Source: Paraphysomonas bandaiensis
Taxonomy: Eukaryota > Protista > Chrysophyceae
Direction of reading: 5' to 3'
DNA: 64,000 nucleotides
Assembly (NCBI GenBank): GCA_965644295.1
Contig: CBFFRP010000073.1
Span: forward strand, 1 to 64,000
The first letter of the stretch is position 1, and the number at the start of each line of letters is the position of its first letter. Positions 1-13,495 of the stretch are shown here, one piece after another. Both the position numbers and the translations under genes were made by a program. The notes under the pieces are model-generated. The model saw only the letters and a program-made list of their open reading frames with translations. It had not been told where the DNA came from and did no database searches.

Positions 1-758
1 TAAACTAATCCAGAATGTAACTTATTATTCAGATCGATTATATCATGTTTAGCATTTATATTATTTTGAAGTGTAACATCTTGAGTTTGTAAGTTTGTTA
101 TATCAGTGTCATTATTAGTAATCTGAGTTTGTAAGTTTGTTATGTCTGTATCGTTGTTATTAATCTGAGTTTGTAAGCTTGTTATATCTGTATCATTACT
201 TGCTATTTGAGCATTCAAACTAGAAATAATATTATCAATTGTGTCAGTAAATGTAGAGTCATAAACTAATCCAGAATCTAACTTATTATTCAGATCGATT
301 ATATCATGTTTAGCATTTATATTATTTTGAAGTGTAACATCTTGAGTTTGTAAATTTGTTACATCCGTTTGCAAATTCGGTATATTAATCAAGTCTATAT
401 CTTGGAGAGCATCAAGAACGTTTAAATTAGAAACAATATTATTTAATTGTGATTGTATAGTTTCATTGGTATTTATACCGTCTAATGTTTGTATTTCATT
501 TCCAGTGAGGTTTAATAATCTTGTGTTTATATCTAATAACATATTATTTTTTGAATCTGTGAAAGCAACTGTTTGGGGTTCATTGTTTATGGTTAAGTTA
601 TTACCATTCAAGATTTCAACGTTCGCTGTAAATTTAGCATTGTCTAATCTTGCATATTCCGCCATATTTAATATTACTCTTGCTGTTTCAATCTGTTTAT
701 GATTTTCTGCATTGAAAATGGCATTATTGCTTGTTTTCGGCTTTGTATAAATTGACAT
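1..758 (-). CDS. Virus fibre/spike-like coiled-coil repeat protein (3' partial, >=252 aa)
   Basis: Manual translation from ATG at 758 is open to the window edge: MSIYTKPKTSNNAIFNAENHKQ...NDTDITSLQTQINNNDTDITNLQTQITNNDTDITNLQTQDVTLQNNINAKHD... Contains 42-bp (14-aa) repeats at 82-207 and a 261-bp higher-order repeat (1-95 = 262-356). N/I/T/D/Q rich, AT-biased codons, no introns. Confidence 0.75.
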   Translation of the reverse strand, partial: MSIYTKPKTSNNAIFNAENHKQIETARVILNMAEYARLDNAKFTANVEILNGNNLTINNEPQTVAFTDSKNNMLLDINTRLLNLTGNEIQTLDGINTNETIQSQLNNIVSNLNVLDALQDIDLINIPNLQTDVTNLQTQDVTLQNNINAKHDIIDLNNKLDSGLVYDSTFTDTIDNIISSLNAQIASNDTDITSLQTQINNNDTDITNLQTQITNNDTDITNLQTQDVTLQNNINAKHDIIDLNNKLHSGLV

Positions 759-1084
759 CTATATATAATATAGCATTACATTATTATATTCTATATTTAA
801 ATTAGAATTCAAGGTTTTATGAGTTTTTGCTTAAAGCTTCGCCATTATATCACTACAACTACATTCCAGAGCTTTAAGCATTGCCATTATACATTATTAT
901 AAAAAAGTCATATAGATAACAAAGTAGATTTAATAAGTAGTTTTTATGGTAGAATCCCGGGGTTTTACAAACCTTACAAATTTAAATTATTTTTCATTTT
1001 AATTTTTCCCTCCCCCTATATCTACTATTAAATCTACTTATTAAATCTACTTTACTATCTATATTACTTTTTATTATAAACATT

Positions 1085-1183
1085 ATAAATAATATATAAA
1101 GTAATTAATTTTATTTAAGAATATAAATAATATATAAAGTAATTAATTTTATTTAAGAATATAAATAATATATAAAGTAATTA
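1085..1183. repeat. 38-bp AT-rich tandem repeat, ~2.6 copies
   Basis: Unit ATAAATAATATATAAAGTAATTAATTTTATTTAAGAAT at 1085 and 1123, partial copy at 1161. Confidence 0.9.
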
Positions 1184-2605
1184 TAACTTATTAATAATAA
1201 GTTATAAGTTAAACTTACAAAGAGAAGGAATTACAACCGAAGGTTGTAATTGGAAACACTCGAAGAGAAGAGGCCCCTTGAGGGGTTGGGGTAGAAAAAG
1301 GCTTGTCCTTGTCCCGCCTCCCTCGTTTTTCATAGATAGCACTCTGTGACTGCTACACATAAACGACGGGATTTATCCCTTTCCTTTTCTTTTCCATTAC
1401 GCTATCGCTTCAGTAAACATGCCGCCAAATGTAATAATAGCAATAATATTAGAATTGATATACAATGCGCTTAACCTCCTCTGTCAGTGCACCTTATTGA
1501 ATGATGTGAGTATGATATGAGGCACACAAAATCCTCATAAGCACAATGCGACCCAAACCCTGAAAGAACTGGACGGCACTGCCGTTACCACCTATACAGC
1601 ATCATATATATGGTACTAAACTCTCCTGAGATATTCTTGAAGTTGTTTCGAAGTCCTGGCTATATGAAGATAGATTGCTTGCACTGACATCATTATGATC
1701 TTCCACATCGTTAGACGAAGGGTGTAATATAACTTGAAGTGTTTAATGATTTAACTCATGATTGTGGTTTGTCTACAGTTGTGTAATATAATAAAATCAC
1801 GCACATATGACTGTCAATATCATAATAAAGATAGAAGTGAGCTTCTGTTGAACCGAATATTGGTGTCGAATGTCTATATTTGCCCGGTGCTGATATGAGC
1901 GCCCTGTTGAGACAAAATCAGGTCAAAAAAGCTTTTTTTTGAGACAAAATGGGGATAATATCTTATTATCATTATTAAGGTTGCTTCTAGTTTCTAGAGC
2001 AGTGTAAAAACACCTGTCTAACATGCGCTAATGTCATTTTTAGTGAGAAATTCCTCCATGATCTCTGTGGCATCAGTAGTGACGTAGTGACAATATAATA
2101 GTTGTCTACTCGGCAGCTTATATAGAGCGTGCGTCAAAGTGGACCTATCTCCCTCACTTGTAATAGCTGCCCCCACGTGCCGTCACAAGTATGTATAATA
2201 TGTATATTCACTTCTCGTGTTCACTGTTTACATTCCCCAATTGTTGGTTCACCTATTGATAGCACATAGTACTCTTGTGGGATTTGTGAACTAATTAGGT
2301 CTCATATAGTGAAGCAGCACAAATGAATTGAACAATTGAGACATGGTTTATTATTTCAAGCACGAAATAGCACTACATGACACCTACGGCAGCAGCAGAA
2401 ACTTTTCACTTGTACTCAAAGGACTTCGCGAATATCGACACTGTCCACAATATCATATTTGTTGTATATTTCATATCACAAGAAATATAGCACATATATG
2501 TACAAATAATATTCAACAACAAAAGTACAACACGATTACAGCCTTTGCCACTGAAGTCGACAATAATACTTTACAAATAACTCTAGTATGACAGACGCAA
2601 AATTG

Positions 2606-3661
2606 CTAGGTGAAAATATCGGGGCTCACAGATTCCACAACAGAGATCACCTCAGTGTTACTGGAGACACCCTGTCGTTTAGCTTGCACAGGAGATTGCG
2701 CAGGGAGCGTGAGTGCGATGACAGCACTACCAAGAAAACTTTTTACAGAATCCTTCAAAGCAGCACCTTTATGCAACGTCCACTTTACGGGTAAGTAACG
2801 AGCCTTAGTAACAGCAACCAAGCCGTCCGTGCTTTCTTCCCCAGGGTGCACACGAGAAACTCCCCGCAAGTAGTCCGATGAAGAGGAGTGCTGAGAGCTG
2901 GCGGCCATTGAAGACTCGCGCATCGGTACTGCGTCGTCCGCCATGCACTGCACCATGCGGTGGATTTCGTAGTATTCTCTCATATTAACTGCGCATTCAA
3001 AACCAAATATTTTCACCAGTTTTAGCTCCAGGGCATTGACTCGTTCGACCTCCAGCATTCCGTTGCCGACTGCGGCTGTGAAGTCACAATTCAAAAGGGC
3101 AAAGTCATCGAACATTTTGCATGAGAGCAACGAACAAGCAAGAACTGTTGCTTTCCAATTGTTCGAGCACACCCGAAATTTGTTGTTTGTTATTTTCATC
3201 ATACGCTCAAGGTAGATAAGAACAACCACAACAAGCTCGTACTCCATGTTAACCGCCTTGAAAAGTCGAGTTATGAACCCCTCGACCGTATCAATCGATA
3301 CATACTACAGCACACATTGTTAGTACACCAGTAACATATAACTAACCATACATACCTCAACAGTAAACTTCTTGTCCGATGATGGGACGATATCACAGCC
3401 ACCAACATTAAATATACTGAACTCATTACACGGAACGTAACTCTCAGCAGCGGAATCATTTATATATGAGCCAATCATAGATGCCACACAGCGCATGATA
3501 TCAGGGTCAATGTAGCTGTTTTGTGGGGGGTACTTGCGAAGTCTCTTGTCGCTGACGGTCCTGTTGTAGGCCCTGCTATAACAACTGTTATGACCGCTGC
3601 GTGTGTATGTATACATATACGAACCGTTCCATATGTATGACACCTTTAATCTACTGCTCAC
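2606..3661 (-). CDS. Cyclin (cyclin Y / Pho80-like cyclin-box protein); 5' end uncertain
   Basis: Cyclin box YLERMM...NWKATVLACSLLSCKMFDD...VNALELKLVKIFGF. A 51-nt GT-AG intron (3305-3355) joins the upstream exon (DPDIMRCVASMI) in frame. Confidence 0.8.
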
Positions 3662-4265
3662 AAGGGATCATCTATACGTTTGTGTTGCTCTGATAGGAGA
3701 GACTGTCAAGTGGTGTTGTGTGTTCTAGTGTTGTTCTCTTATTATATTCTGAGTTTATTATATGACACACTCTCTATATGTATGTACGTGAAGGTATGTA
3801 TGTATATGTATACATACGAGTCATTCGGTGATGTACTTGCACTTTAGTTCAGAAGGGGATTTGCCGTACGAGGAACCCACAAAACGATTATCGTACAGTG
3901 ATTTTCAAGGGTCGTGAGGGGAAGAGACTTCCTTCCCAGCGGACGTCGTACCCGATATATACAAAATACCTTATTTTTATAGACTAATATCTATAATTCC
4001 CATTTATCAGGCGTTTTGAATTCAAAAGTCGATTTTTCACAGACCACAAATGTAGTAAATTAGTTCTAGCGAATCATAATTGAATTGATTGGACGGTGGG
4101 AGGTGGTACTATATAGAGAGAGTTGCTGCTCAACTATGCTATAGGAGAACTGCTGTAGAGAGGAGAGTCCTGCTGTATCTTCACATATAGACAATGCTGT
4201 GCAAGAGGAATTGAACAAATCAATACACATACTGATGCTATAATTAGAGAATAAAAACACTTTAG

Positions 4266-5827
4266 ATGGCAAGTTTAGTCGAGGAAGTTTATGCATCATT
4301 TCAAGAGAATACAGACATAGATGAGCTGGGCGTTATTCTGTCTCCAGCTCCTCCTAATGTCATATGCACTGAAAACAAGTTGGGTATTTCAATGACAGTA
4401 TTGAAACCTATGTTTTCGTATGCTGTTCCTCGATTGTATAGTGTTGGTCTTGAGTTTAAGCGATGTAAAACTCATGAACTTGCACAGGAATTACTAAAAT
4501 TGACTTTGGCAATACTAGTCGTCAAGGGGGACTTTCCACCGGCTTTGAATATGCGTAAAGAGTTAATAGTATATGGTCATTTAGACCCTTTAAATGAAAT
4601 GCATGTTCTAGAGGTTATACTCTCGAAGCATCCGAAGTCGCCCAGTTGTTGGCATCATAGAAAGTGGTGTATGTTGCAATTATCAGAAAAAAATATTCTT
4701 CCCATATCCCATATTGTGCATCAGGAATGCAGCTTATGTAGTCGCTCTTGTGACCTATACCCCAAAAACTACTATGCATGGAACCATAGACTATGGATAA
4801 CAGAAAATATGAACGAGAATGAAGTCAGTAAATTTGTATAAAAACAATATAATATTGACTGTTATATGTGTTGCAGTTACATGAGGAGTTGGAGTGGACA
4901 GGAAGATGGCTGCGGAAACACGTATCGGATCACTCTGCCGTTAGTCATTATACCCAGGTGGTTCTCTTGCTCTCTAAACTAGGAGTGCATGTGATGCCCA
5001 AAGCAGTTAGAGAGGGAGTGGAATTGGTGGGTAAATGCGCTGGTCATGAGAGCCTGTGGTACCTCAGGCGCACGCTTGCATCAATTCTAATCGACCGCGT
5101 CACTCATGATATGCCCTCATGCGAAACTTACGAAGTGATACAGCAGCCAGACTGCTCAAAGTGGAAGAATATTCTCTATCACTGTATTTCAGAAGCGAGT
5201 GATTTGGAGATTAGAAGTGATGACAGCGATGACGAGGACCTGAATGTAGAGTATCATATGAATAAGCTGTCCACCCTCTTCTCCACGTTTCCCAACTGCG
5301 AATGCGATATTTCTCCAAGTGAACTGGCGAATTCCTTCCTTGTTTGGGTTAATTGTTGGTTGGAATTCGAAGTTAAATTTGTAGTGGCATGTATCAATGA
5401 CGATTCATCTTGGGATCCGGAAACCCAACGACGACAGGGTGTACTCTACCTTGCGCATATATTTCATAAGGTCGAGACTAATATTTGCTGCTGTAGTTTA
5501 TCACGTATCATTGAGATGTTACTGTGAATATTATGCCTCCTTTTCTTTCTAAATGTACGTCTTACTCTAATCATGTTGTAGCTTGCAAACGCATTTTGTA
5601 TATCCGGAGAGCAGGAGGCCGATCGTTGCACACGAACCAATGATGATACGCCGACTCTTAAAAATACTCTTTCCGAATCGTTGCAAAATATCTGCCGGTA
5701 TATTTCTAGTGACCCCACAATAGGTATGCGTTAATTCGTATTATACTTACGAGTTACTTTGTCATTTGTAGAATCCAACTCCAAAATGAAATGGAAATAC
5801 TTTCTTGATCATTGGCGTAGTAACTGA
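4266..5827 (+). CDS. PTAR1: Protein prenyltransferase alpha-subunit repeat protein (PTAR1-like)
   Basis: PPTA repeats HPKSPSCWHHRKW, YPKNYYAWNHRLW, HVSDHSAVSHY, GHESLWYLRR. Four exons with GT-AG introns; stop TGA at 5825-5827. Confidence 0.8.
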
Positions 5828-7169
5828 ATAACTGTACATAGAGTGCAAGCAAATGTAGAATCAGTACTTTTGGTTAGCTAATGTCTGTCCTTGAATGCAG
5901 CATAGCGCCGTTTATGAATAGTAAACTCTATAAATTCGTTCTCTCTTTTCTACCCTCAACAATAATACATTGGCATGCTAACAACGTGTAAATACAGTTG
6001 TAAATGTTTGAGTTTGTACTTTATTTGTTCTCTGCTGGATGGCTACAGAATTTATATTCAAAAAGTAATTGGTGAAGGTTATTTGAGTATTTTCTTACTA
6101 TACGCTAAGAAGGTTTCCCGCGAACTCCGGGGGGAGTTATATCACCGTTATCATTAGAAAAAAACGAAATATTTTCATTGATGGGTATCGTTCCAATGGG
6201 ATTGTTACAAGGCATATGAAGGGCTTTGTCATAACTCTGATTTACATCTACTAAAAGCACTGTATTGGCATGGAATGTGTTCATATTATTACAAACTCAA
6301 ATCTTGCATATACCTGAACTAATAAACCTGTTTATACAACTATTCCATCTACTCTGAGCTAAAAAGGCTGGATTCATTGATAACCCAGTATGCCACTCTT
6401 AATGCCCCAAAGTATGCAGCCATCATCATAGCCTTCTGCTTACCTGTAGGGAACTGTGCATCTGCATCGTCGCTATTCTTGCCTCTGATTGCGAACATTA
6501 TTCTTTTATAAATACAACTGTGGGTAGAAATAAATGAGGTGGATAGTGAGTGCTCTGTTGCTATTTGATGGTACTGGGAACTCTATATCACTGTATGTCT
6601 CCACTCCTCTCTATAGTTTCTGTGTATGTGTATGTATATGTATATGTATACTATGCCATGTAGATATACATACACCTGCAGCTCCCACCACCACAAAAAC
6701 ACTGAAGAATATATCCCCATCACCAGCAGCAGATGATGAGTATTATCGATCGGTTTGTCCCAATCCATATGGACGTTTCAAGTCCATATAGTCCGCAGCT
6801 CTATAGTACATACTTCTGCTGCTGTACTGCTGTGTATGTATGTATAGGTACATGGACGTGTATGTATGTATGTGTGTGTATCTATATGTGTGTATGTATG
6901 TAGAGTTCTTTAAGCAGCCTGCACGGTTATTAGCACTCATATAACCTCAGATGATATCATACAAATGCGAGAAACTCTCTCTATATCGCAGTAGCTCAAC
7001 TCGATGTACCATAGACTCTTTACATGTATGAATTGATACTCTTATCGCCTGTTAGTGATCTCTTTCACTGCCAATAGAGTCGTATCTTACACAGCCATTA
7101 GTTGCTTATATATGAGCCTCTTAATACTCATTCGATCACAGTTATAGTCATTTTATCCCAATAAACTGT

Positions 7170-10100
7170 ATGCGTGATATGGATAATAAAACTACTGTAG
7201 ACACGCCTGCTGCTGTCGGCAAAGCGATACCGTCCAATCCATTTGATTTAATGAAACAATTGAGAGACTCTGAGAGAAAAGATAATACGAAGATGAAGTC
7301 TCAAGTACAGATGAATCGTCAGCTGAAACAAGAGCTTAAAAGTCAGACTATTGAAAGGAAGTTAATGGAAGTTGAAGACTATACGTTCACAGAGGAAGGA
7401 GCCAGAAGAGAAAGGGCCTATGAAGATCGCCTTAACATGTATGACTTGAAACGTTAGTTGTATATTATTGTGTTAGTGAGATGTGTGTACACAGGGAAGC
7501 GGAGGATGAGCTAGCGAGTCAATTAGAAAAAGTTGAGAGGGATAACAAGAACATGGATTTTCGTGAAAAGGTTAGTGTTTATATGATTTTTGTGGTATTT
7601 AAGTGATGTGAGATGGTAGATCCGCCGAGAAGCAGAAGAACGAAGGAAACAAGAAGAGCTTGAGCTTGAGAAAAAACGACAAGCTGCTGAGCGACGTAGA
7701 CAGGCTGTGGTAGAACGGATACGGAGGAAACAAGAGGAAGAGGAACGTCGAATACGAGAAGCGGAGGAGGCAAGGCTTCGAGAGATTGCCGAAAAAGAGA
7801 GGGCAGTGCAGGTAATTTGTGGGTCCTGAGTGAATAACTGTATTGTCTGAAGTATGTGATATGACGCTCCGCTTGAATGCAGCGGTAACCCTGTTGATTT
7901 TCTTCATTTAGGAAGCGATAGAGAGGCTGCGAGCGGATAGGGCAGGTATGGAGGTTGAGGATGACCTCTCCGCCGTTGCAGAGCAAATGTTCAAAGAGGA
8001 ACTAGAGCGGGAAGAGTGGCGTAGAAAAGAGGCTCTTCGCTTAGCGGCATGGGAGGATGAGCAACGGCGAAAAGACGAAGCAGAGGCTCTGAGGAGACGA
8101 GAACGATTGGCTGAGCTGGAGGCGAAGAAAGCGAAACTGGCCGAGCTGAGGCAGAAGCAAAAACTATCGGCCCCGGCAGCTGCAAATCGACAGCAGGATG
8201 TCGAGTCTGCTCGTGCCGAGGCCCGTAAAATGGGTAAGCAAATGCGCATCCAGAATAAGGCCAAGTTTGTGTCTCGGAAACGCAAGGACAGTGTCTCTTC
8301 CGCATCGACGGAAGTACCAGACAGTTCACCATGTTCAGGTTCAGCAGTAGCATCTGCACAGCAAATCCCGAACGCTGTTCCTCCGTCTCCGGGTATTCGT
8401 AAAGGGTCGGTAATTGGGCCACCAGTAGTGCCTCCGCCCGAGGCTGTTGCTGAGATTGAATCGCTCACTTCTGAGACCGACCTTCATCGCTATTTGAAGG
8501 AGCGCATGGCCGAGAAGAGAAGTCTGAGATTGGAGATTATGACCCTTAGAGGAGCGGGAAAGAAGAGTGACTCTAGTGATCTATCGGCAATTCAGCGCCG
8601 AGTAGACGAGATCACTAGCCTTGAAGCACTTATTCAAGCACGTATTGATAAGATTGTACACCAGAAACAAGACGCTGCGATGGACAACAAAGAGAATGTC
8701 GATACTGAATCTCAAGGCCTTAACAGCCCTCGTAGTGAAAATAATCTAATTGGTGGAGACGTCACATCGTGTCGTGTGAGAACAGGAAGTAGTGCAGGAT
8801 TTGGGGCGTCAAGTCTGCGGTTCGGTGGTGCAAGCCCATTAAAGAAAAACATGACAGTGAGAAACTTGGGGATAGCTGGTGGGAGCAAAGATGATGACTT
8901 ATATGCACAAATAGAAAAATGTCTCCAAGAGTCCAACGAAATCGTAGTGAAGGCAAATGTTGTGGATTTATTAACTGGGCATAGAGAAGGAGCCGAAGAT
9001 TCGGAATTGGCTAAGGCGATGCGACAGGCAGGTATTCTGAAGCTACAGATGACAGACCTAATGTCAAAAATCACTGGGGGTGATGATATGGTCGGCTATG
9101 GCGAGAGGATGAAAGAGAGTATTGCAAAGCTTGTAAAATTTTTGGACAAACACCAAGGGGCAGTACCGACCAGAACACTCAGTCGTACTGGCAGCATGAG
9201 TGCAGAAGTAATAGAACGACTCAATAGCGCCACTCGCCCCGAGGGCGCACCAAGTCCTCCTAAGAGCCGTCCACCTAGAAGAGACTCAGACAAATTTGTG
9301 CATACTGTGTCTAGTCCAAATCAAATGGAAGACAAATCTTCCCCATGTGTGACTTCGGAATGTGGGAAATCTCCGGATAATTCAACTCTAGAGCCCGGTA
9401 TCGCCCTTGTAGGTTCTGGCAATGCTGGTGAAAAGAATAGCCGAAGCAATGCACCTACATTGATGCTTGACTTGACAAAGTCGTCCCAAGCAGACTCAAC
9501 CTACATGAAAAAGAGCACAACACATGTAGAAAAAGTCAGTCATGTTTCTCCGCGTAGAGCGGGTAGCCCTCGCAAGGAGTTGCAGTCCAGTCAGACTAAT
9601 GCATCTACTGATGATAAAAGCAAAATTTCCGATGAAGCCTACCAGGTTTCTCCTCGTAGAGTCAGCCCCCGTAGAGACTTACTATCACAACCTAGGTCTG
9701 CTTGTAATGGTAAAGTACACAACAGGCAGGTCTTGGAGCCTCTTGAAGTTTCTCCGCGAAGCAGAGCTAGTCCTAGACAGGTAACGACAGCACTTGAGAA
9801 GAGTATTGAGGAACCGTATCAGGTGTCGCCTAGAACAAGAGTAAGTCCACGCAGGGAGCTTCTGGCAAAGCTGCCAGAATCTTCGGGTGGCTTGGATAAA
9901 GTAGTGCGGGTCTCTCCTCGAGACAAACCCAAACACGTGAAGAGCGATACGCTGGCGAGTTCGGCACTTCCATCTAGTGCGAAGAATCCCAGTGTTCTAC
10001 ATAGCACTGAGCTGAAGAAGAATGATGCAACCATTCATGCCTCAAACTCGGATACTGCACTAAATAATTTCTTGAAGGCAGATGCAATAATGAATGCGAA

Positions 10101-12220
10101 TGGCACCGCTTTGAAGTCTAAGGTTCCTCACGAGAGGGACAACGCGACCTCTGGAAATAAAGATTCCAGTGATGCGGAGACAAAATCATGTTGGAGTAAT
10201 GTGACGTCGAAGAAAGTTGTTGATTGCGCAATAGTTAAAAGTGATTCAGAGTCAACGAGTAAGTATTCTTGTATGTTACTTAGTGGTATTTTCTGCTTAC
10301 TATATATACCCCTCAGAAACAGCACAGCTTTCATGTGACAGTCCTACAACTGTGAATTCTGTCGGTGAAGATTCTAATAGTAAGCGAATATTGTTGCCTC
10401 CAGAGCGGCCTGATCATGTGACTCCAACTACAACAGGGGCTATGGCTGTCTCAGCTCCTGTGATGACTGATGAGCGAGTCCGAAGAACTGGTAAAAAGAC
10501 TGAAGTGATCAGTTCTATAGAGGAAGCACATGAGATGGAAAATCAAGAAATTCTACGACCACTTCTTCCAGCGGATAGTTGTACATCTCTTTTCAGTGCA
10601 GGTGTGAATGACAATGAAGGAGAGGATGAATGGTGGGGAAATGAACCTGCTGCTGCTCCAGAGACAACGAAAGCCGTGAGTGAAGAAGATGACGGTGGTG
10701 ACTCGGATGTAGATATTGGACCCTACGGCTACGTTGATGAAAAGTCTGATGGACAGGAAGATGGCGAGGCCTTTGACTATGAGTCTCTGGAAGGATGGAA
10801 TGAGTGTTTACACACCTCCATGGCGACGGCTGCTCATCATGCGGCCTTCTACGGATTTGCACCTGTGCTTGAGATGCTGAGTCGTCACTTCGATGTGTTT
10901 GCGTTGGATAAGAATGGAAGAACTCCACTCTTTTATGCTTCGCTTCGCAATAACTTGGACTGTGTGCTTCTTCTTGTGTCATTAGGTATGCATATGTTTC
11001 TTCTATGCGCCTTGCTAACAGTGTATTCAGATGCACAGTGGATCGAGGTAGGGGACAGTCGTGGAGACACCGCCATACATGCCGCTGCGATATCGGGTGG
11101 TTTGGAAGTTTTGCAGTTTCTCCTTAGCTGCGAAGTTAACCCAAGTATCGCCAACTTTGAGGGCCTGACACCTGTACATTTAGCGAAAACATATGAAGGT
11201 CTCCTCGCCCTGCATGAAGCCAATGCAACCATGTACTGCGTCGATAGTCACAACAGGATGCCAGTGTGGTACAGTGCAAAGGACGGGAATGCTGCTGGAG
11301 TAGGGTTGCTGTGTAGTTTAATGCCTCCAGAATACATCACATGGCAAGACTCTGAGGGCAACACTATCCTACATATAGCATGTATGGCCGGACACAGCGA
11401 TGTGGTAGAGGTGATATGCATGTGGATCACTTCTTTGGACGATTTTTATATTCTGAACAAAAAGAATTATACTCCAGCACACACGGCTTCTTCTGCTGAA
11501 GTCCTCAAGAAGTTGTATGAATATGGGGTCAATTTATGGACTGCTGACCCGAAATGGAGGTACCCGTTGTTTTTGAATAGCTTTCAGGGACGAGTAGATT
11601 GCGTTGCCCTCCTGATCGAGCTAGCATTGTTGAAAAATGAAGCTCTCATTTCAGCGCAAGATGTTCAAGGAGATACTGCATTGCATGCAGCTGTAATAAA
11701 TGGGCACATACAATGTACTTCTCTCCTTTTGTTTTTCCTTCGTGATCATCCCAACTCAAAGGGCTTGCGTCCAAGCCAACTGGCGCAGCGGGCCGGACAC
11801 AATCAGCTTGCGAATTTTGTGTATCAAATTGATCAGAGAAAGGAGTACGGGGAAACTTCATGTGATATATTTGAGTGTACATTTGAGAACCTAGCGGCGG
11901 TAACTTTGTATTATGGGTCAAGATGGACGAAGCTATATGATGCATATAACAATGAGGTGTACTACTACGATAGAGTCCTGGGAAACTCACAGTGGCACAG
12001 GCCTGACTCTTATGATGAGAATCCTGGGGAAGAGACGAGCAGTGATAAGGCTCGAGAAGTTCTGGTGAACTTCTATATGCAATATAACCCTGATAAGCTG
12101 ATTAACGTAAACGAAATTCTGCATACATACAAAAATAATTACAGCGAGTTGTTTGTTCAACTTGCGCAGAGATACCAAGTGGAAGACATATCCATGTTTA
12201 CTGCCCGCTATGGGCAATAA
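7170..12220 (+). CDS. Large coiled-coil / disordered SPR-rich / ankyrin-repeat / WW-domain protein
   Basis: ORFs 7170, 7948 and 10241 are joined by short GT-AG introns (e.g. ~7438-7494, 7572-7619, 7812-7911, ~10259-10316, ~10987-11030). E/R-rich helix, many VSPR motifs, canonical ankyrins (GRTPLFYA, GDTAIHAA, GNTILHIA, GDTALHAA) and a WW domain (WTKLYD...YYYDRVLGNSQWHRP). Confidence 0.8.
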
Positions 12221-13402
12221 CATAATGATTTCTACAGCATACGAATAATATCGATGTGAAATAGTAGTACGATTTCTTATTTACTTGTGCAATTGAGCTT
12301 TGCTTTAAGAATATTGTACTTGTACGTTTTTTATTTGTTACTTTATAGTTGTATTGTGTCGTAATAAGTAAAATACATCACTTGAATGCGATTTATTACA
12401 GGATGAGGATGTCACGAAATTTAATAAAATGTGGAGGAACTGCCTAATATCATATACTGTGGGGAAAAACACTGAAATTGTTAGATCGCAAAGTAGTATT
12501 TCACTTCGAATGCACCATACACAGAGTTGCGTGCGGCAGAGCTCGACAATTTACTGAATATTTTGAAGCAATGGTCAAAAATGGGTAGCTTAGAGATATT
12601 TAAACTCCAGAATAGTTGAAGCATAAAGCATATTGTGAAAGACAAAACAATGCTACTAGAATATCCCTGTTCGCGCCTCACCGTCACATAGATGATAGTA
12701 TAAACGCTTAGTACTGCTATGTATAGGCTTTATATTGCCTAACAAAATAGCTTCTGAAGCTTCTGTTTAGTAGAAACCGTTTGTTCTAAAATGTCCAAAT
12801 TGCAGTTTTCTCTGTTACACTTTTTTCAGACTGATATCATTGACAAGTTGAACTTTCATTCTTCACGAGGTGTTGTGTTGCCCTTTGTGTTGAATTTGGT
12901 GACTGACACCTCTCCTTCTCTAAAGTGTATTAGCCTAGCATATTTCTGGAAATATCAGTAGATCTCAATTCGATATATACATAACGATATATACATCTAT
13001 TACGCAATATGCACAATATACACAATACGTTATGTTCCAACATAATATGTTATATATATTATATAGTTTAGGTTACCTTATTTTCCCAGTAACCATATTT
13101 CAGTTCCTGCTATATAATGCTATATAATATATAATATATAGGGAATGTTGTTGTGTATGTTTCCAGTATAGGCAATATCTATATTTCAATACTGATAACA
13201 TGTGTAAATAACTATCTGTTGTTAACATATCGTGTCACTAATTTATGTTTAGTATCCACAGTTTACTTCGAATAAGATAATATGAAACATCACATTTAAG
13301 AAGTTATTATCATGTTGTAGAACATAATAAAATATATGTAGTTCTATGTTCTATATAACATATACATTATATGATACACGATACACATATACGGGAAATG
13401 CG

Positions 13403-13495
13403 GCAGAATTTGTCTAGTGGTTAGGACTACACGCTGTGGAGCGTACAACGTGGCGAAAGTCCGTGTAAACCTGGGTTCGATTCCCATATTCTAGG
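13403..13495 (+). pseudogene. tRNA-His(GUG)-derived sequence with a 21-nt intron; probably a pseudogene or SINE head
   Basis: D-arm GTCT-AGTGGTTA-GGAC, anticodon stem ACACG/CGTGT, anticodon GTG at 13436-13438, intron 13440-13460 at canonical position 37/38, B-box GGTTCGATTCC. The acceptor stem has 2 mismatches, the T-stem has 1, and no oligo-T terminator follows. Confidence 0.75.

Larger units (their letters stand above)
1..1345. mobile_element. Probable terminal part of an endogenous Polinton-like virus / virophage (continues beyond window start)
   Basis: Very AT-rich and intron-free, unlike the flanking host DNA. Encodes a fibre-like coiled-coil ORF; 760-1345 is packed with tandem and inverted repeats and ends ...GATAGCACTCT (reads AGAGT.. 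from outside, compatible with Polinton 5'-AG...CT-3' ends). No hallmark gene (MCP, pPolB, ATPase, integrase) is visible in the window. Confidence 0.55.

Noticed and set aside
466-702. Plus-strand 78-aa ORF
   Set aside because: Shadow of the longer minus-strand fibre-like ORF.
13403-13495. Functional tRNA-His gene
   Set aside because: Acceptor and T-stem mismatches, no oligo-T terminator and fusion to a dispersed repeat; kept as pseudogene/SINE, although function is not strictly excluded.
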